Part shown: in pieces, positions 59,185-64,000 of the stretch | How positions within the stretch are numbered: the stretch's first letter is position 1 | Layout of the letters: each line of letters begins with the position of its first letter | NCBI GenBank assembly: GCA_963668315.1 | Contig: OY764216.1 | Coordinates: 768,001 to 832,000 of the forward strand | DNA: 64,000 nucleotides | Direction of reading: 5' to 3' | Source of the DNA: Spirochaetia bacterium | GTDB taxonomy: Bacteria > Spirochaetota > Spirochaetia > DSM-2461 | The notes under the pieces: generated by a model | What the model was told of the DNA's origin: nothing | Database searches by the model: none | The model's input: the letters and a program-made list of their open reading frames with translations, nothing else | Translations under genes and position numbers: made by a program

Positions 59185-61127
59185 TGTTCCAGTTGCTCCA
59201 TCGGCCATAATTGCGCTTCCTTGATGATTTCCAAGGGTATTTTATAATCAAGAAATTCGGCCATTTCGGTGTTGATGACCAGGCGGGAACCGCTATTCTG
59301 TGCCTGGGGAATCTCTTTCACGGCCTTGCCCTTAAGAACGTCAACCGCCGTTTTTCCCAGCCACCATCCCTGCTCTTCCGGTGTCTTCATATTACCCATG
59401 AGGGCCAGCCGGATATTGGTGTCAATCGTCGTTCCGACCGGGATGGAGGTGTTCTCCCGGATAAAGGTGAGCGCTTCCTCTTCATTCCAGTCTTTCATTC
59501 CCACCGGATTGTAAAAAATCAGCATATCCACGGCTTCCTGCATTTTCAGGTACTCTTTCTTCCATTGGGCGAAATCCGGGGTAAAGGAGACCCTTTCCAG
59601 GGATAACTCCCCTTTGGCCGTCAGGTTGTCATAGATGGCATGGTTGAAGGGTTCTTCCTGAAAAAGAAGGCCCAGCCTGTCCCCTCCCGCCAGCTGTCTC
59701 AGGTTGGACACCGATTCGGCCAGCGGATCGACTTCCGCCATTCCCGTGATCCAGGGAGAAGGCGGGGGGGGAGGGCCGTTAAGCCCGCAGTATATTATGG
59801 GTAATTTTTCCCCGGTGAGATAGGGGATCACCAGGTTATTGATAAATCTGTCATCGCTTCCCAGAATGATATCGGGCTCCCAGGCGAGAATCTCTTCGTA
59901 GGCTTCCCCGGCTCTCCTGTTTAATATTTCCTCGGATATCTGTGCCTTGCCATTCAGGCGGAAGATTTTCAAATCGTAAAAAAGATCCGACTGGTTAAGG
60001 GCTTTGATCATGGTTTCCTCTATATAATCGCTCCACTCATATCCCTGGTGGTAGGAATTGACATAGTATATTTTTTTGTTCTCCTCCGGGGTATTGATCA
60101 TATGGGATTTCTCGATGAGGTCCAGGGGAAACTGAATGCCCAGCTTACTCGCCAGGAGCATATTGGTATAGTAGGCCCCTTTTCTGTTATGCGCCACTTC
60201 TATATCGGAAGGGGCTGTTCCCATGGCTATTCTGAGGGCGGCTTCCGCGGCCCACTCCCCCTGTTCCTCGGGACTGTTCGTTATGGAAACGAGTACATGG
60301 GGAGCCATAACGTTGTCCCAGCCTCCCGTGGGGATCCGTGTGTTATCCATCATAAAGCGGTGGAGCTTCCTGTCGTCCTCGTCCCAATCGGCATAGGAGG
60401 ACGGATAACCGGCCAGAATCATATCCGATTCCTTCTGCAGTTTGAGGTATTCCTCCTGCCACATTTGGTAACTATTCACCAGCACGGCTTTGAACGGGTA
60501 GGAAAGGGTCTTTTCCAGATAGGTTATTTCCTGACGGCTGGTCGTGTCGTCGGATCTCAGGTAGGTGATCTCCTTTCCCTCCGCGTAGGGAAGAAGGGCT
60601 TCCACCAGATCAAAAATCTGATGGACGGATACGATGCCGGTGATGTTTTCTGCGGGGAAGCCATAGGGTTCTATATTCCAATTAATACCGCAGAAAACAA
60701 AGGGGAGCCTGTCATTGATGTAGTAGGGCGCGATCAGATATTTTGAAGCATTATCGTCGCTGGCAATAACGACATCGGGCTTCCAGGAATCGATGACATC
60801 CCTGGCCTCTTCTACGGCCTGCGCCAGATAATCGGGAGAGTGATCGACCAGGGTATTCATGTGGTGGACCCTGAGATGTACGGGACTCTCCGGGAGAGCC
60901 ACTTCCCCTTCCTGGATCCAGGGAAGGTTATAGAAGGAGAAGATCCCCTTCATGATGCCCCGGGACCAGAAATAATCAGGATGATAGGAATCGATATAAA
61001 GAATTTTCAGTTTGTCGGTAAAATCCTGTTTTTCATAACTTTGCCGCGGCTTGTCTTCGGGAGTATCCTTCAGGCAGGATTGAGTCAGGAATATCATAAT
61101 AAGAAGAATGATGGTCCTTTTACCCAT
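59181..61127 (-). CDS. Lipoprotein with two ABC-type substrate-binding-like domains
   Basis: TQS-C lipobox; duplicated SYH..Y.WS, PD......DD, P...CG.N, EEQG.W motifs. Confidence 0.8.
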   Translation of the reverse strand: MGKRTIILLIMIFLTQSCLKDTPEDKPRQSYEKQDFTDKLKILYIDSYHPDYFWSRGIMKGIFSFYNLPWIQEGEVALPESPVHLRVHHMNTLVDHSPDYLAQAVEEARDVIDSWKPDVVIASDDNASKYLIAPYYINDRLPFVFCGINWNIEPYGFPAENITGIVSVHQIFDLVEALLPYAEGKEITYLRSDDTTSRQEITYLEKTLSYPFKAVLVNSYQMWQEEYLKLQKESDMILAGYPSSYADWDEDDRKLHRFMMDNTRIPTGGWDNVMAPHVLVSITNSPEEQGEWAAEAALRIAMGTAPSDIEVAHNRKGAYYTNMLLASKLGIQFPLDLIEKSHMINTPEENKKIYYVNSYHQGYEWSDYIEETMIKALNQSDLFYDLKIFRLNGKAQISEEILNRRAGEAYEEILAWEPDIILGSDDRFINNLVIPYLTGEKLPIIYCGLNGPPPPPSPWITGMAEVDPLAESVSNLRQLAGGDRLGLLFQEEPFNHAIYDNLTAKGELSLERVSFTPDFAQWKKEYLKMQEAVDMLIFYNPVGMKDWNEEEALTFIRENTSIPVGTTIDTNIRLALMGNMKTPEEQGWWLGKTAVDVLKGKAVKEIPQAQNSGSRLVINTEMAEFLDYKIPLEIIKEAQLWPMEQLEQ

Positions 61128-61169
61128 TTTTAATCTCTATAATAATACTAGCGGTTAATTATGTTTTAT

Positions 61170-62240
61170 TCAATCGGTAAATGTATTTACCATATGGGAT
61201 TCCTCCAGTATCGCAAGGGGGAATTTAATATTGAGCTTTTTGGCAAGTCCCATATTCAGATAGTAGATGCCCCTGATATTCTCCTGAACGGGGATCTCCG
61301 ATGGTTTTTTCCCCTCCGCAATATCCAGCGCCGCCCCGGCGGCCCACTCGCCCTGTTCCTCCGAAGAGTTGGCTATGGTGATAAGGACATCCTCCGCCAT
61401 CCAGTAATCCCATGAGCCGGTGGGAATTGCCGTGTTGTCTACCATAAACCGGTGGAGAGCCTCTTCGTCGCCGTCCCAATCGGCCATCGCCGAAGGATAG
61501 GTCGTTATTAGAATATCCGTGTCGTTCTGAAGACGGAGGAATTCCCTTTTCCACTCCTCGTAGGTCGAGACTAGTACGGCATTTACATCGTAGGAGAGGG
61601 CGTTCTGCAGGTAGGCCGCTTCTTTCCGGCTGGTGTGGGCATCCCCCCTGAGAAAGGTAATTCTGTCTCCGCCGGCGTAGGGAAGGAGCTCCCTGATGAT
61701 GGTGGATATCTGGCTTACCTCGATCATGCCGGTGATATTGGCTGCGGGAAATCCATACTCTTCGGCGCTCCAGTTGATGCCGCAGAAAACAAAGGGAAGG
61801 GAGCTGTCTTTAAAATAGGGGACGATGAGGTATTTTGAGGCATTATCATCGCTGGCAATGACAACATCGGGCTGCCACTCTTCAATGAGCCGTTTTGCCT
61901 TCTGCACGGCCGCTTCGATATGCTCGGGGGACTGGTTTTTCTGCGTGTCCATATTGAATATATTCAGGATGACAGGACTTTCGTCGGCGGTTAGTTCGCC
62001 CGAGGGCTGCCAGGGAAGGGAATAGGATGACAAAAGCCCTTCCATGATTCCCCGCGTCCAGGGAAAATCGGGATCATAGGAATTGATAAGGAGAATACGC
62101 GGTTTGGAGGTTTTCTGGTCAGAACCGCCGGTCAGTTCTGTTTCCGGTGAGACCGGGATTTTCCTTTCCTCTCGATGACAGTTCACCGCCGTCAGGGCGA
62201 TCAGAGCCATGAGCAGAAAAAGGGGCCGTGCTTTCTTCAT
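61170..62240 (-). CDS. ABC-type substrate-binding-like lipoprotein, single domain
   Basis: AVN-C lipobox; PDVVIASDDNASKYLI, PFVFCGINW, EEQGEWAA, shared with 59181-61127. Confidence 0.8.
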   Translation of the reverse strand: MKKARPLFLLMALIALTAVNCHREERKIPVSPETELTGGSDQKTSKPRILLINSYDPDFPWTRGIMEGLLSSYSLPWQPSGELTADESPVILNIFNMDTQKNQSPEHIEAAVQKAKRLIEEWQPDVVIASDDNASKYLIVPYFKDSSLPFVFCGINWSAEEYGFPAANITGMIEVSQISTIIRELLPYAGGDRITFLRGDAHTSRKEAAYLQNALSYDVNAVLVSTYEEWKREFLRLQNDTDILITTYPSAMADWDGDEEALHRFMVDNTAIPTGSWDYWMAEDVLITIANSSEEQGEWAAGAALDIAEGKKPSEIPVQENIRGIYYLNMGLAKKLNIKFPLAILEESHMVNTFTD

Positions 62241-62288
62241 CTTCGTTCCCTGCCTATAAGAGTACAGGCATTTCTTAATTATATCAAA

Positions 62289-64000
62289 TTAATTAAGGGA
62301 AAACACGAAAAGAGACTCCCCTTTGCGGGGAAGTTCTCCCTTGCAGGTTAAGACGCTTCTCCAGAGGCCCTCCCGTTTCCAGGCCCGGAGTTTTTCATTG
62401 TCTACGGGAAAAGGAAGGTATTCCCTTGTAAAGTCCAGCTCCCTGTCTGAGCGGATCATGACTTTTTCACCTGCCGGATTGACGATATGGAGCTGGCTGT
62501 CGATGAAGGAGGGCTTATCGAGGGAAAGGAAATGCCAGACCATATCAGCCGGTTCCTCCCGGAGCTCCCAGCTGTCTTTCATCCGTATCTCACTCTCGGC
62601 AAAGCGGAAAGACCTGACGAGGGAAAGGATTTTCCCTTCCGGCGGATAGGCTCCTCCTATTTCCATTTCCCCCTCTTCGGGGCGGTCGAAGGCAAAGCGT
62701 GTGCATCGGTACCCTTTTCCCGGGGCCTGGTCTTTTCCGTTTACCGAGGGAAGATTGTGCCACCCGGACTGCATGGTCCAGATGGTGTATCTCATCTCAT
62801 TGAAGGTCTCCCGGGTGTAGTCTCCCACGCCGGGATCGATAAGGAGGGGAGCTTTCCTCCCGTAAAGAATAAACTGGCCGATATCATTATGGTTATGGCT
62901 TTCATCGTTATGGCCGCCCTTGCAGGCAAAGGTGTAGGGGCTCCTTCGGATTATCCCTGTCTGGGAGAGGGGAAATACTTCCCGGAGAGGTCTTTCGGGC
63001 TCGGTATGGGCCTCTCCCTTCCACCTTACCGCCAGATCTCTGATACCCCTCTGGGAGGAAAAGGCCGCCTCGTATTCTGTCCTGTCATTCCGCGCTTCTT
63101 CGCGGAGTATCCCGGAAAGGGCGATTAATCTGCTATTGTTGAGAGCTCTTCCCATCCGGCGGATCAGGTCTCCGGGCAGGTGGGGGAGCCGGCCGGGGCA
63201 GTCGGCGAAATTCACGAAATAATCCCCGCAGATGTGCAGGCTGGCAATGTAGCCGGCGGCCTTGGCGAGAAAGGGGTCGCTGAGCAGTTCCGTCTCTTTT
63301 CCGCAGGCCCAGTGGAGAATCTCCAGGCAGTCGAAGAGGGAGCCTATGGCGTGGTCCCAGTATCCGGGGCCTTCGTCGCAGCCCCCGTCTTCGGGGAGAA
63401 CATCCAGGTAGTGGGTCAGGATCTCCGAGGCGCGGCGGACTCCCTGTGCCAGGACGGCTTTATCCGTCTCCAGAAGAAAAAGGGTGTGAAGGAAGTTATC
63501 CGTAATCCAGGGGGTCCAGTTGTTAAGCGGCCCGTGGCCCGGGGCGGGGAGGTATCCCATCCACCAGTGGCTGTCGTTGTTCATATAGGGAGTGAGGCAG
63601 CGGCGGCGGCACTCCGCCGCCACCCGGGAGACCAGCCTCTCCGCGTCACGGGTAAGCGGTTCTCTGAGAAGATGGATGGTCAGGGCCAGAAGGGAGGAAC
63701 TGCTCCCGGCGAAGAGGTCCACCCGGGTCGGTTCCGCCGGGGGATAGGGATCGGCCGGCGGGGCGTTATGAGCGGGCAGAACCCAGCTCCATTCCCCGCA
63801 CAGACTGTCCAGATCGTCTATGATGCGGTCAAGCAGATCGTCCGAAGGTTCGACGCAATAGGCCTTGGTCAGGCGGAAAAGGTGGAGGCGGCGGGAAAAA
63901 TATATTTTCTCAAAGTTCACCCTGTTTCCGTTGAGGTGATACTCCCGGTAGTGGGTGGCCTTGAGTACGGGCAGTTCCTCACCGGCCGCTTCTCTGCCTT
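62289..64000 (-). CDS. Heparinase II/III family protein (5' end outside window)
   Basis: NNWTPW, DGGCDEGPGYW, VNFAD, KGGHNDESHNHNDIG, IDPGVGDY, WTMQSGWHNLP; the frame stays open to base 64000 (...ELPVLKATHYREYHLNGNRVNFE). Confidence 0.88.
   Translation of the reverse strand, partial: GREAAGEELPVLKATHYREYHLNGNRVNFEKIYFSRRLHLFRLTKAYCVEPSDDLLDRIIDDLDSLCGEWSWVLPAHNAPPADPYPPAEPTRVDLFAGSSSSLLALTIHLLREPLTRDAERLVSRVAAECRRRCLTPYMNNDSHWWMGYLPAPGHGPLNNWTPWITDNFLHTLFLLETDKAVLAQGVRRASEILTHYLDVLPEDGGCDEGPGYWDHAIGSLFDCLEILHWACGKETELLSDPFLAKAAGYIASLHICGDYFVNFADCPGRLPHLPGDLIRRMGRALNNSRLIALSGILREEARNDRTEYEAAFSSQRGIRDLAVRWKGEAHTEPERPLREVFPLSQTGIIRRSPYTFACKGGHNDESHNHNDIGQFILYGRKAPLLIDPGVGDYTRETFNEMRYTIWTMQSGWHNLPSVNGKDQAPGKGYRCTRFAFDRPEEGEMEIGGAYPPEGKILSLVRSFRFAESEIRMKDSWELREEPADMVWHFLSLDKPSFIDSQLHIVNPAGEKVMIRSDRELDFTREYLPFPVDNEKLRAWKREGLWRSVLTCKGELPRKGESLFVFSLN

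Noticed and set aside
1..64000. CRISPR arrays, tRNA/rRNA, prophage or integrase genes
   Set aside because: No regularly spaced direct repeats, cloverleafs or phage/integrase motifs seen by eye; a covariance-model scan was not run.

Overview
Gene-dense bacterial chromosome segment, most likely from a free-living spirochaete (Spirochaetales; inferred from the L34 tail ...[15 protein letters not shown] and spirochaete-style lipoprotein and signal peptides). It opens with the core rpmH-rnpA-yidD-yidC-jag cluster, followed by small lipoprotein genes and a coaX-pdxS-pdxT operon. Next is a two-gene operon of giant Ig-repeat envelope proteins. About 20 kb is a surface-glycan region: GT2 genes, a decayed SLC13 permease, cysQ-cysD-cysNC, an AT-rich wzm/wzt cassette with ribofuranosyltransferase-like, methyltransferase and sulfotransferase genes, and glf with an IS256 inserted in its last codons. 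The rest holds a CotH/porin/alkaline phosphatase/DUF4956 group, a LuxR-lipoprotein pair, a RES-Xre toxin-antitoxin module, a LolC/E-like export operon with no ATPase gene, two-component genes and a partial heparinase II/III gene. No rRNA, tRNA or CRISPR was recognised. Best candidates for undescribed biology: (1) an Ig-repeat protein with a predicted outer-membrane barrel whose first and last repeats are complementary halves of one domain; (2) an acidic SLDxLFD[DE]P motif shared by the inner- and outer-membrane ends of the Lol-like operon; (3) a PAPS-fed, ribofuranose/galactofuranose glycan locus; (4) many leaderless promoters. All product calls come from motif recognition by eye; no searches were run.
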